NCBI GenBank assembly: GCA_050613775.1
Contig: JBODTK010000127.1
Span: 372,001 to 436,000 of the forward strand
Length of the DNA stretch: 64,000 nucleotides
DNA from: Neocallimastix sp. 'constans'
Taxonomy: Eukaryota
Reading direction: 5' to 3'
Shown here piece by piece: positions 41,324 through 55,820 of the stretch; position 1 is the stretch's first letter; every line of letters starts with the position of its first letter. The notes beneath the pieces were generated by a model. That model did not search any database and had not been told where the DNA came from. It worked only from the letters and a program-made list of their open reading frames with translations. The translations under genes and the position numbers were made by a program.

Positions 41324-41381
<58 letters not shown>

Positions 41382-42560
41382 ATAATAATTTAGTGATTTT
41401 TTTTATTGCTTTTAAATATATGATATATATTTTATATTATTATTATTATCATTATTATTATTATTATTATTATGGTTATTATGGTTATTATGATTATGAT
41501 TATGATTATCATGATTATTATTATTATTATTATTATTAAATTAGTTCTATATTATCTAATTACCTTTTAATTTGGCTAATGATATCATTAGATTACTAAT
41601 CTTTCTACCCATCTTTAAACCAGGAAAACGTTGACCAGGACATTGAGGTCTTTTAGTAGTAAACGTTCCACGTGGGTTTTGCATGCATACCCATTCAATT
41701 TCTGTAATTCTCATTTCAGGTATAACATTAATATTTTTTTCTAAGAATTTTATCAGTAGCATAGCACCTTTTTTACTTACTAATAAAGGTGTCAATTTTC
41801 TCTTTCGAACTTCTTCTGGTGAATGAGGTTGAAGTTCTATATCCATTCCTGCATTATTTCTTATTGAATTTAAGCTATTTTGACGTGAATGTTCTGATAT
41901 ATTATTATTTTTATTTTCATTTGTATTTTTTGTATTTGGTGTGACTGATGTTGATATTTTTATTCCATCTTTATTTTCGTGTTGATTATTATTATTATTA
42001 TTGTCATTATTATTATTATTGTCATTATTATTATTTATTGAAGCAGATTTCTTAATATTACCACTAAAATCAGTTTTAATAGGTGTAGCATGAATTGGAG
42101 TAGGCATTACAATATTATTATTATTACCATCTTGAGTTACTTTTTCATTTGATTCTATTTTTTCACTATCATTAACATTATTAATACCGTTAATACTGTC
42201 ATTACAATCGTTTTTATTTTCCTCAATACTTGGCATTCTATTTGATAATTCATGAGACTTTAACTCAGGTGATGATTCTTGAGATGATTCTGGAATTGGT
42301 GGTGATTTCGGAGTATCAATTATAGGGGCTATAGGTTTTTCTTCTTTTATACTATTATTTAAAAATGAAAAAATTGAATTGATAACACTTGAAGCTGTCA
42401 TTGGTGGTTGATTACTATTACGTTTATTAAAATTATTACCAAAAGTTAAACTATTAATAAAGTTACCAAAATCATAAGTTGAATGTTTGTTTTTATTTTC
42501 ATCTTTTGAATCATTTAGATAACCTTTACTTCTACTTTTTCTTCTAAGAATTCTATTTGA

Positions 42561-42602
<42 letters not shown>

Positions 42603-43964
42603 TGTTAATGTTTTTTTATTTGGATCTAAAGGTAATTTTTGATCATTTACTTTATCTCCAATTAAATTTATTTTTATTTTTTCTTGATCAGATGTAATTT
42701 TATTTTGATCAACATGCATTTTAACGTCATCTAATGTTAAAGAAGTGTTACTTTTGGTTTCTTCATTTTCATCATCAGCATCTTCTCCATTATCTGATAA
42801 ATTTTTATCAGTATTTTTTTCTACTTTATTTTTTGAATCTTCTTTTACTTCTTCATCTTCAGAGTAAGATGAAGCTGAAGATACTTCAATGACATCTACA
42901 TCAACAGTACTGCCATGTGTATTTGATGAATTGCGATTTAATGAAAAAGTTCTACCTAAACCATACATTGAAAAGTTATAATTAGTATTGGTTTTTGTTG
43001 ATGATGTTGTTGATGATGAAGGTGATAAATTTTTTATTTCTGTATTATCTTTTGACGTTGATGAATTATTATTTTGAGATAAATTTGCTTCTTTTAAATT
43101 ATCTGCTAACTTATTATCTTCAATTTTACTAAAATCAGAAAGATTTCTCAATTTTAAACTTTTTTCTTTTTTCTTTTCTCTGTCATCCTTTAAATAATCT
43201 GGTTTAAATTTACGTTTTTCAGGAAAATCTGGCAAAATATCTATTTCTTCTGCTTCATTAGAAGGCATACGGTTTGCACGATATTTTAAATCTTGATATG
43301 CTTTTAATTGATATGTAACAAGTTCTTTTTTTCTCATAAACCTATTATTATTTAGAAGATATATAATTATAAAATTTTATTAAACGTAATATTCATAATA
43401 TTTTTACCAATATAGAACTTATTGAAATTATAACAATATTATAAATAAGAAATAAAAATAAATAAATAAATTTATATATATATATATATATAATTCTAAC
43501 ATATCCATTAAAAAGTTCTTTTCAGTAATTGGTTGATCTACACTTGTCATTAATGATCTATCTAATAAAGATAATCGATGAACAAACTTATCTTTGCATT
43601 CCATACGTAGTATTGTTTTTGAATAACCTAAATTTTTTAAGTCCTCTATAAATCCATTTTCACGTAAAATTCTTCATTATTATATATTAATAAAATTTAT
43701 ATTAATACATATTTAATTTGATATAAAATTTATATTTAAATAAAATATATTAAATAATTATAAAATAATATCTACAAAAAAAAATTACTTGTGAAAATCT
43801 TCTTCCGTATATTCATCTAAAAATCTAGGTTCTGGATCATTTCCTAAGTCACAACAAATATCAGAGTCACTAAAGTTAAAATCTGGTATAGTCATAGGAT
43901 TAGAATTTATATTAAGTTGACGTCTTAATGCTTCAAAGGTATTTGCAAGTGATAGATGTTCCAT
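40319..43964 (-). CDS. Uncharacterised 898-aa protein: split conserved domain (possible GNAT-like acyltransferase) with a ~470-aa N/S/K/D-rich insert; 6 exons (43964-43789, 43671-43501, 43341-41564, 41160-41047, 40939-40840, 40676-40319)
   Basis: GT-AG splicing gives a closed 2697-nt frame. Motifs: RFLDEYTEEDFHKILRENGFIEDLKNLGY...FVHRLSL; EIEWVCMQNPRGTFTTKRPQCPGQRFPGLKMGR; RDGLCDTPEHFHNAAIY; FINPAFHGYF; LAAVSWAFKLGHV; WHPEEQIYPTSDRLHKYF. The gene model is well supported; the function is inferred only. Confidence 0.85.
41185..41537. repeat. Intronic three-copy tandem duplication with embedded (TAT)n microsatellite
   Basis: AATAATTTAGT(A/G)ATTTTTTTTATTGCTTTTAAATATATATGATATGTATTTTATATT+(ATT)n occurs three times (~41185, ~41271, ~41384). 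Confidence 0.9.
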
Positions 43965-44366
43965 TTTTAAAAATTTATATGAATAAAAATTTGAAATTCA
44001 ATTATACTATATATATATATATATATATATATATTTTACTTAATAATTTATTATTAATTATTATTAAAATTTTGATATTATATAATACATATAGTTTTGG
44101 GTTTACTATTTAAAAATTGCAAATTTGCATTAAATTGCATTTTTATTTTAAAAGAACTATTTTAATTATATAATTATATATTTATTTATTTATTTACTTA
44201 TTTATGTATTTATTTATTTTTAAATATCTATATATATATATTTGGTTTTGCTTGTTTTGTTTGTTTTGTTTTGTTTTGTTTTGTTTTTTTATTATAAAAT
44301 CAAAATTAAAAGGAATTTTCTTTAAAATTTAATTATGAAATATTATATATATAATTGATTTTATAT

Positions 44367-44416
<50 letters not shown>

Positions 44417-44848
44417 GTTTATTAATTTCAGTAGTTTTTTTCCATTATTTTCTTTTTTTATTAATTATTAATAGTTTAAATGAATTTGTTTTTTTACTTT
44501 TACACTAAGAAAAAAAAAAAAAAAAAAAAAAAAAGGAATTAATATTTTATATATAATAATTATAATAATGAAGTTTCAAGAAATTTATTACATATAATTA
44601 AAAAAGATTTTTTTTAAGAAATAATAAATCAATAAATTTGACTTTTAAATGTTATTATTATTTTATTTTCTATTTATCATTTAATATATATTTATATATA
44701 AATTATTTTCAAGAATGTATATTGATTTCCTTTAAATTATATATTAATTGATTTTTCCTTTTGTTTTTTTCTTCTTAATATAATAATTAAAAAGTTTAAT
44801 ATTTATATATAATTAATACTTTAATATTAAATTTAATAAAAAAAATCA

Positions 44849-44880
<32 letters not shown>

Positions 44881-46171
44881 ATTAAAAGTAAATACAAAAA
44901 TAATATATATGTAATATTATTTCATCCCCAGAAAAGAAAATTTTACTCTAAAGTAAAATAATTAGGTTTAAATTCATAAAATATAACAGCATAATTTTAT
45001 ATTCACTTAAAATTTTAATATAATATATAACCTTTATTGGAATTATTTTCATAAAAAGAAAACAATAATAATAATAATAATAATAAAGAAAAATTACTTT
45101 TTTTATATGGAAAGTTGATTTTATCAATTTATCCAGTGTTATTATTATACTTTATTACTATTTTTATAATTAATTTTTGTACGTTATGTTATATTTATTT
45201 TAAAAAAAAATAAAGAATAAAATAATAAAATAAAAAATATTAACAGTAAAATTATATTAAAAAGGTAAAAAATGTTATAAAAACTACATTGAAAATTATA
45301 AAATTAATAATACATAATATGATATTAATATAATATATATTAGTTACATGAATGTTAAAATTATATTTTTAATATGAAAATATTATAAATATTACTATAT
45401 ATGTAAATCTATTAAAAAGTCAAAATTTTCTTATTCTTATTATTCTTATTATTATTATTACTATTAACTTCACATATAACTATTATTATTAATATATAAT
45501 TATTAATATTAAAAAAAATAATTTATTTTTTTGAAATGTTAATTAATTTTATTGTAATATATTATAATATATATAGTTTATAAAATAATTTAAATCAAAG
45601 TTTTAAATATAAAATAAAAATAAAGTTTTATATATATATATAATTCCTTTTTATAAATCTGATAATTAAATAATAAACTATAAATTATTACCAAATTTTT
45701 AAATGAATTATTATATTCTATAATTTAATAGAATTTGTATTAACAAAAAAGTTTAAATCTTTAAAAAGAGAAAATCATATTTTTAAATTATTAATAAAAA
45801 AGGGATAATACATAAGAAATATAAATAAATTATACTATAATACACGTTTTAGTATGGCATTAAAAATACAGGATTTTCCACAAATACCATATATATTATA
45901 AATAAAAACATATCTATTTATATCAATTTACTAAACAGCATTAGCATAATACAACATTTATTATCAAATTCCTTGGTATAAATCTTTTTAAAAATTAACA
46001 AATTTTAAAAATGATTTTGATGTTTATTAATTATTTACTTTTAAATTTTTTTATTTTACCCAATTAAAACATTTTAATTCTTAATTATTACTTTTTTTTT
46101 TAATTAAATGAAAATTTTTATAATTTAATAATTAAAATATTTGTATATTTGTGATGTTCAACTATTATTGA

Positions 46172-46412
46172 TAATATAATATAATATAATATAATATAAT
46201 ATAATATAATATAATATAATATAATATAATATAATATAATATAATATAATATAATATAATATAATATAATATAATATAATATAATATAATATAATATAAT
46301 ATAATATAATATAATATAATATAATATAATATAATATAATATAATATAATATAATATAATATAATATAATATAATATAATATAATATAATATAATATAAT
46401 ATAATATAATAT
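46172..46412. repeat. (ATAAT)n pentanucleotide microsatellite
   Basis: Pure array of ~240 bp; it explains the spurious ORF 46118..46441. Confidence 0.97.
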
Positions 46413-47285
46413 ATATAAATAATTAATTCCAAATTTGACATTAGAAATATTTAAAAATTACTCTGAAACAGGTTATTTTATTATTTCTATCTCTAAATAT
46501 AAAAAAAAATATATAAATAAAAAATAATATAAAAATGATTATATTAAAGCCTTAAAAGATAATATTTATTTTCTGAAAATGGCTTGTAAAAATTGTAATT
46601 TAATTCCACTTCATTTCAATATTTTTTATTCTTTTTTAATAAATAAATAATAAATAAATAATAAATATATAATAAATATATAATAAATAATTTAATGTTT
46701 TTAAATAAATATTAATTATTCAGTTTTTAAAATATACCAAATATAAAAAGCACTATGAAAATAATTTATTAAAAAAATTTAAAATCTGTTTGATTATTAG
46801 CACATTTATATTTAAATTTAATTACAATTATTATTTTTATTTATTTATTAATGTATTAAAAGGCTTTTACGCCACATTATCCGATATGTATTAACAAAAA
46901 TTTACTACTACATTTGAATAAAGATTTATTTATGAAAAATTATAGCAGAATTTTATATATATAAATTTGATAATAAATAACCCTTTATGTAATAAATTTT
47001 AATATTAATGATAATTTTTATTTTTAATTAAAATTAATATGAATAAATATGGAAAAATTATAACATACTTTATATTTTATATTTGAATTAAAGTATATGT
47101 AAATAATAAAAATTAATAGATTAATTATATTTTAATTTTAATAAAATTATTAATTATAATAGTAAAATACTTTTTTTTTTTTTTTTCTATAAAATTTGAA
47201 AATTAATAAATATGACAAATTGAAATATAAAATTATGTTTATTTTTAAAAATAAATAATTGTTTTGTTATTGTTTATTTATTAAA

Positions 47286-47317
<32 letters not shown>

Positions 47318-47467
47318 AAAAAAAAATGATGTGATAACTTTAATTACTTATAAGTAAATATTGTACATACATATTTTTTATTATTTTAAGTATTTATAAA
47401 ATTACTAAAACAATTACTTATTTATTATTAAAAGTTTAGGTATCTATTAATCAAAATTAAATATTAA

Positions 47468-47522
<55 letters not shown>

Positions 47523-47767
47523 GTAAAAAAAAAAATAAAAAAAATAAAAAAAAAATAAAAAAAATAAAAAAAAATAAAAAAAATAAAAAAAATAAAAAAA
47601 ATAATTAAAATAATATTTATAAATAAAATAAATAAATAAATAGATTAAATAAATTAAATAAATTGGCAAAATAAAATAAATAAAATAAATAAATAAAATA
47701 ATATATATTATATAATAAAGTTTTTATTTTATTTTATTTTATTTTATTAAATCTGTTATTCTAAATA

Positions 47768-49907
47768 TTATTTATTATTGGTTAACAAGATCTGTTTATT
47801 CTCTTTTTTTAATTTCTTTTTCTCTTGTTTTATCAAAAATTTCTCTCGTACACATTGTATAGATTCACATCTTTGACGTTTCATTACTTTCACATATTTT
47901 TTTTCTTGAACATTTTTAGAACCAGAACATAAAGTTCCTTTCATAATTGACTGAATTACATCATCAAATCTTGTTTCACATTTTTGTTGTTCATCCTTAT
48001 TATCAGATATACTTTTACGTTTATATATTCTTAGAGATTTATGCTCATCCAAATTCTTTTCCGGTTCATATTTAAAAATATTTTCAGTATTAATATTTGT
48101 ATTTTTTACTTTATCATTATATGTATCAATAGAGGCAATATAATCTGAATCATCATTCTCATCATTTTCTTTAGATTTTTTATTTGCTGGTGCAAAATGT
48201 CTAAGAGGTTTTTTAATACTATTGGTATTACTAGTATCCTGTAAATACTTCACATCACGAATTAATGTTTCAATCATAGCAGATTTTATTTGCTTTCTTT
48301 TCCAAAGATTTAAAACATTTAAAAAGAAATTTTTGGAATTATATATAGGATCATGAGCAAAATAATCTTCTAATCGCCATTGAAAAGTACTCTCTGGATA
48401 TCCGGTGTCAACCAATACTAATGGAAACTCATCCGCTAAATCATATGATGGACGTCCTAAATTACCATTATCATGTTTTGATAAATCTAAAAGAGTATCA
48501 ATAATTTCTGGTTCTTCTAAATGTCTACCAATTAAAAATAATATTCCCATGAAAAAACGAACCTGATGCCATAAAAATGCTTTTCCACAAACTTCAAAAA
48601 CATACATTTCAAATGGAGACGATTGTTCGATATCATATTTCTCTTCTTTCTCTTCACTATTAACTTTTTCACTATTAATGGTTGAAAGAAGAGAATGCTT
48701 TTCTATAAATTCATCATTAAGTTGATCAGGATCGTCAATAAATAATTCATTCGGCTGAATCTGACTTGACGGTATTTTAATATTTTTCTCTAAATGATTC
48801 ATTTTATAAATTTCTGCTGAATAAATAGTTCTTCTATAATGCGAATTATATAATGGATCAATTTTACAAAAATTACGAAAATCATGAACTCCAATAAATT
48901 TTTGTGCTGCTTTTTGCATTAATGGAATATCTAATCGTTGGGCTGGGAAAAAATACTTATAAGTTCTATAGGTACAGTGAAAACGAGCATTAAAATTTTT
49001 ATCTACTGGTGACCAACTGATAATACGAATATCTGGTGGTAATAATCTATTTAATATAGTAACATAAGCTAATTCTTCATTTTTGTTATCCTTTTTTCCA
49101 TTCTAATAAATGTATTGAAAAAAGAATTTTTAAATAGAATTTAAAACAAATTAATAATAATAATAATAATAAAAATTATTATTTTAAATTAATATCAAAT
49201 AAATATTCATTTTATTAAATTTAAATTTAAATAATTTTTATATAAAAATTATTAATTAAAAATATCACATATATATATTATAGATTTTTATTTTAAATTT
49301 TAGAATTAGTATCAATTATTATAAAAAATATATATATATATTACATTTTAAATAGATATTTGATATATAATCCAAATAAATAACTCACATTAAAATTACT
49401 ATATCAAGAAATTACCTTATTACTTTCATCTCTTGAAACACTATTATCAATATCATTTATTGAATTATCAATTTCCATTGATTTATCATCTTCCATTAAT
49501 TCTTTCCATGTAAACACATCAATATGATTGGCTGGTAGATTTGAACGAACACATAAACTTACAATTTGACAAAATGCACTAACACCCTTATCTGTTCTAC
49601 CGCAGCGATTATACCGACATGACTCTCTATCTTTTATTAATTTTGCTGTATTAAGTGCATTAAATAAATGTGATTCAATTGTTTCAACATTTTCTCCATC
49701 TTGAGCAGCATAACCATAATAATTCCATCCTAGGTATGCTATTTTTAAAGCTATTGGTCTTTGATTATATTTTGTTATGTCAAATGGTCTTTGTTTATTC
49801 GTATACTTTTTTTTATTTTTGCCTAATGCTTTTAAATCTTTTTCATAAGCAACAATTTTCTCAATTAATTGTTCCTTCGTCCATTTATGATATTTTACAC
49901 TATCCAT
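47768..49907 (-). CDS. DEG1: tRNA pseudouridine(38/39) synthase, TruA family (Pus3/Deg1), 608 aa, 2 exons (49907-49416, 49102-47768)
   Basis: IALKIAYLGWNYYG; catalytic RCGRTDKGVSA; LNRLLPPDIRIISW; FNARFHCTYRTYKYFF; GVHDFRNFCKID; AFLWHQVR. Closed 1827-nt frame. Confidence 0.94.
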
Positions 49908-50144
49908 TATAATATTGTATAAATTTTTAAGATCAAATTAAGCTAATAAATTATAAAATAAAATAATTTTCTAAAAATAAATTAATAAATTATGTTTTAA
50001 TAAAAATATAAAAAATAAACTATAAAGTATGATTTTATAAATTTTATAAATACGATTATATAAGATTATCTTAATAATAATAATAATATTATTAATATTA
50101 ATAATTATAAATAAATAAATAAATAAATAAATATATAATGATAA

Positions 50145-50187
<43 letters not shown>

Positions 50188-50519
50188 TTATTAAAATATA
50201 TTTTTATTTTATTATAAAGTATGACAAATAATAATTAGAATTAATATATAATAAATTTTACATTAGTCATAATTGGTAAACTGCTGAACATAAAAATTAT
50301 TTATTTAAAAACATTACAAAAATAAAAAATATATATATATAAAATTGGAGATTTTTATTAATTAAAAATGAATTGAAATAAACAACAGATATGATGTATA
50401 TACATTCAGTATTTAGTATGATTGATATAGTTAAAATATTATATACTAAAAAAATAATTTCAAATTTAAAATTTCTAATACTTCATATTATTATTTATGC
50501 ATTTTTTTTTTTTTTTTAT

Positions 50520-50560
<41 letters not shown>

Positions 50561-50751
50561 ATTAATTTTATACTATATTTTAAGAATGTATTAATTATAT
50601 TAATATCCTATTATATAATGTTTTATTTTATTCATGAATACATGATTAAAAATAACGTATGATTAATTATAAAATATAAAATATAAATATTTTATTATTT
50701 TTTAAAATATGATATATTTATATTTTTCTATATTTTTCTATATAAATTTTT

Positions 50752-51943
50752 TTATTTTCTGTCTATCTCAGTGATTGGTATTTCTTCAACTGGAAGATTA
50801 TTTTCAGTAACACTAAGTTTTTCTGATATGTTTTCAGTAATTTGGCTAATATCACCTTCTATGTCTTTATTATAATTAATATCATCATTACTATTAATGC
50901 TTTTCTTTATATTATTATCTTATAATAATAAATGAGATAATAGAAAAAGAAAAAATAATAATAATAATAATAATAGTATTATAAATAAATAAATAAATAA
51001 ATAATAAAGAATAAATAAAAAAAAATTAATAGAATATAAAAATTTTAAATTATATTGTGGTAAAATTACATTATACATTATAATACCTTTTATATCACTA
51101 TCAACTTTTTCATAATTATTTAATACACGATCAAATGCAGTTGTTGTATCATTTTCTGGAACTCTATATAATTTACCATTTTTTTTTTGTTCAAGATAAA
51201 GACGATCAACTTGATTTTGATTAATAGAAGTATCAAGTTTATAAGATTGACGAGTTGACTCACTCATTGTACGATACTTTGATTTTTTCGTACCCTTTCC
51301 ATTTAAACCAGAAACTCTAGAATTATCATTTAATCGATTGTTTTTTCTAACATTACATGAACCGGCAGTTCTTGTACGATTACCTCTTAATTTTCCTCCA
51401 CTATAATTAATCCCGGTTCCTTCTAATGGTGATTTTTCTCTCTTTAATTCTTCATTTTCATTCTTTTTAATTGGAGGAACATGCCTTGGTTGCGATTTTT
51501 GTCGTATTGGATAATTTTCTGGATAGCTCGATATGTTTCTTAAATAAACTTCAGTTATTAATCTATCTTTTTTCCATTGTTCAACTGAACAATATGGTTT
51601 CTTTTCTTTTAATCTTTTAAGCAAAGTCTTATTTATATGTATATATAAATTTTTAAAAATTTTCATTCAATTTTTTAAATTAATTATTTGAAAAGAAATA
51701 TATATATTATATAAATAGTTAAATAATTACCCTTGATTCTCTATTCATTTCATTTTCTAATCTTCTATTTTGATCAGCATGTAGACTTCTAAATACTGGT
51801 TCAATAACATCATTATTATCATCTAAATTAGAAGTACCAACATTATTTTTTCCTTGATAAATCATACGATTCAAAATATTTTGATTATTTTTTCTGATTT
51901 CATCTTCTTTTTCTATTTATCATAGATAATGATTATATATATA

Positions 51944-52000
<57 letters not shown>

Positions 52001-52851
52001 AAAGAAGCAACATTAATAGATGACATTAATGAACAAATAGGCACCCTAACTATAAATGCATATTACCTTTTTTCATTAATTTAGCTTTTAATTTTTGATC
52101 TATATGAGCATACTTTTTAGGGGCATCATTATCAACGGTTTTTTTAATATTTAAAATATTCATTTTATGAATAGAATAAACATAATTATTCCACATATTA
52201 GCCATATACCGATTACATGATGGTTTTGTTGATACAAAAGCTCTATAATTATTTTTTAAACTTTTCTTTTTCGTACCTTTCTTTTTTGATTTACTTAATT
52301 TAGTACTTTTCCCCCCATTTGTAGATACAGTACTTTTCATCCCATTCGAAGATACCTTCTTAGAACCTTTTTTAGTCTTTTTTTTATCATCATTTCCTTC
52401 ATTTTCATCATCAGTACTATGAACAGAAATATCTCCTGCAATTATTCTACGTCTTTCAATTTCAATTTTATCTAATTCTTCTTGAACTTTAGGATCTCTT
52501 ATAATATCTTCATCTTCTGAATCTCCTGTATATTTTCTTCCTCTACTTCTACCTCTACTCTGACTACGAGAAGAATATCTTAATCCTCGATCTTTAATAT
52601 TTTTTTTATCTTCATCATTTTTATTTTTACAATATCTATCATACATATTACCATAATTAAATTTATTATTTCTACCAAATCTATTATTTCTATCACTTCC
52701 GGGAGCACTATTTAATCTAGAATTTTTATTAGCTTTATCTCCGCTATTTCCATTTAAACTCTTACTTTTAATATGTTTATCATTACCACGTTTATTGCTA
52801 GATTTGTTAGAACCTTTGTTATCTTTATAAAAAAAAATAATAATAATATCC

Positions 52852-52884
<33 letters not shown>

Positions 52885-52900
52885 TTATTATTATTATTAC

Positions 52901-52932
<32 letters not shown>

Positions 52933-53702
52933 GTTATTATTATTGTTATTATTATTATTATTACCAATGTTGTCTAATCCCCTTGATTTTATCTCAGCAT
53001 TTAAATCATTATTTTCATTTTCAGATCCCGAATCAGTTGAAATATTTCTCCTAATAACCTTTCGAATTGTTGTTGTTTTTTCAAATATTTTCTCTTTTGT
53101 AACAACAAAATCTGAATTGTCAGAACTTTCGTCATCAGCTTCTGATATATCATGACTTCTATCAATCGAGCTTTGACTTACTTCGAGTGAATTTTGACTT
53201 GTATTTTTAATTGTTACTGGTTTTGTTTCTTCTGCTTGGTTACAATAATCAACCCCTGATTGGTATAATTCTTCATCATCACCTAATTTATTATTTATTT
53301 TATTTATTTATTTTTATTTTTTTTTTTTTTTTAAATTTTTAATTATTTTTTTTAAGCATAAATATTTTTTATAATCATATTTATTAATTAATTATATTAT
53401 ATATATATATATATATATGAGATTCTTTTTTATTATTATTATTACTATTATTATTACTAATTATTATTATTTTTTATTATTAAACTTACTTAAATTTTGA
53501 ATTTGAAGATCATCATTATTATGTTCTTATAAATATATAATTTATACATTGAAACCCAATACAAATATTTTATTTTTTTTTTTTAAAAAAAAAAAAAATA
53601 TTAACATATATAAAAAAAGATTAAAATTTGTTGATTTTAAATATATAAATTCCTACATAAAATTTTAGATTGGTATATATTTATACCTTCATTGACTTCC
53701 AT
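50752..53702 (-). CDS. CFAP97D/KIAA1430 (Hemingway)-domain flagellar protein with long charged N-terminus, ~671 aa, 7 exons (53702-53687, 53525-53490, 53282-52965, 52822-52067, 51912-51731, 51627-51087, 50918-50752)
   Basis: KPSCNRYMANMWNNYVYSIHKMNILNIKKTVDNDAP..HIDQKLK...EIRKNNQNILNRM and SLHADQNRR..LLKRLKEKKPYCSVEQWKKD..YLRNISSYP fit the CFAP97D1/2 pattern. Closed 2016-nt frame. The two 5' micro-exons are less certain. Confidence 0.75.
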
Positions 53703-55108
53703 TGTAATTATATGATTTTATTCAATTTCGATCAATGATAAATGCAAATCAAAACAAATGAATATTTTAACTTGAAAACTTTATTTTAAATATGAAAAAT
53801 TAATTAAAAAAAGATGTAAAATTATCCAAAGAATTATTAATTTATAATATATTGATTACTTTTATTTGTTAAATATTTATATTTCTATATTTTTTGATTT
53901 TATATTGATATATATATATAAATTAAAAGTTATAAGCAATTAATACTTAGTATTTTTTTTTTCTTTCTTTCGTTCTGATTCTTTTTTAATTCTATTGATT
54001 TTGTTATATCATTAATATGATGTTGAAGAATAAAAGCAATGAGTATTTCCGAGAATTATTGTTTTTAATGACTATATAATTGTTTATAATTTGTTTTATT
54101 TAAATTATTACAGATTTATTTAATCTTATCTTTTTGATTTCGATAATAAAATATTACATAATAATTTATAAAAGAATTCAATTTTTTTTTTTTTTTGTCA
54201 ATATTTAATATTTAACTTCTTAAAAAAATATCCGTAGATTATGAAAAAAAAAAAAAAAATTTTTTTTTCTAATAATTAAATTTCTATTAATAAATAAAAA
54301 ATTTTTTTTTCTGATGCTTAAATTTCTATTAATAAATTGAAATTTTTTTTTTTTTTTTTTTACTTTTAAAAAGTTACTATTAATCTATTTTTTTAATTAT
54401 TCTATTAGCTTAATATTTATATTAATTTTTAATTTTTTTTTATAAATACTATTATTTTATATATGAAAACTATTATAAAATAATAATAAGTAAATTTTTC
54501 TCTTTTTCTTTTTATATAAATCTATTATAAATTAAAAAAAAAATTAGTCTTAATTTATAAATTATAAAGTACTATTAATTATTTATACTAAATATGATCA
54601 AGATTGAATAAATATAAAAATAAATTTATTTTTTCTCTTAAAGCAAAAAAAAAAATATTATATTAGTTATGTTTTATTATTTTATTTTTATTTTATATTT
54701 TTTTTAAATAATGAAATTAGCATTACTAGTTAAAAAATAAAGTTTTTAGGAAAATTTTTAATTAAAATATTTTATTATAAAATTTTTATTATATAAATAA
54801 TATTATTATTCATTAATTATCATAATTTTTTTTTATATATTATTTATTATTATTCATTATTAATTATTATTTATTAATATTAGTTAAAAATTAAATTATA
54901 ATTGCATTGAAATATTTTATATTAAATATTAATATAAAATAAATAAAAAAAGCAAAAAATTACATTTTTTGACTTTTTTTTCTACTTGTTTAAAACAAAA
55001 TTTAAGTTTTTTAAGCTTTTGAAAATATTATATAAAAAAATTTTTTTTAAAAATTCTAGTCAATATATTATATTTTATTATAATTAATAATATTTTAAAT
55101 TATAGATT

Positions 55109-55151
<43 letters not shown>

Positions 55152-55342
55152 TATTGTTTGAAAATTTAATAATAAATTCAAATCATAAAGCACAAATAAT
55201 CGAAATAAAAATGAAAATTCATAATATTAAACACTAGTAAGGAATTAGTACTTTTTTTTAACGAGATTAAAATAATAAATTTTATTTTATGAAGTAATAA
55301 CTTATAATGAAAATTATAAATTTCATTAAACATTTTTATATC

Positions 55343-55383
55343 TAGGTTATTATATAATATTTATAATATTATATAATAACCTA
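55343..55383. repeat. Perfect 19-bp inverted repeat with 3-nt spacer
   Basis: TAGGTTATTATATAATATT-TAT-AATATTATATAATAACCTA. Confidence 0.9.
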
Positions 55384-55590
55384 TTTATAAAAATTTATTT
55401 TAATTTTAATAATTTCAATAAAGGTATAATTATGGTTATTCTTAGTTATTTATAGCTCATAATATTATAAGTAAAACTTTTATTCATTGTTTAAATCTAT
55501 ATATTATTAAATATTAATATCATAAATAATAAAGAATTAATTAAAAATTAATGATGGAATTTAGAGATGTTTTATCATTATGAGTTCGTA

Positions 55591-55624
<34 letters not shown>

Positions 55625-55779
55625 GCCAAATCAATAAATATTTACATTTACATTTATAAATGTTCTATTTAAAGTATAAAATAAAAAAAAAGTAAAAATA
55701 GAAGTAAAAATGAAATTGAAAAAAATAAAAAATAAAAATAAAACTTTTCTTATTCATTCTTATTATTTTTATCATTTTG

Positions 55780-55820
<41 letters not shown>

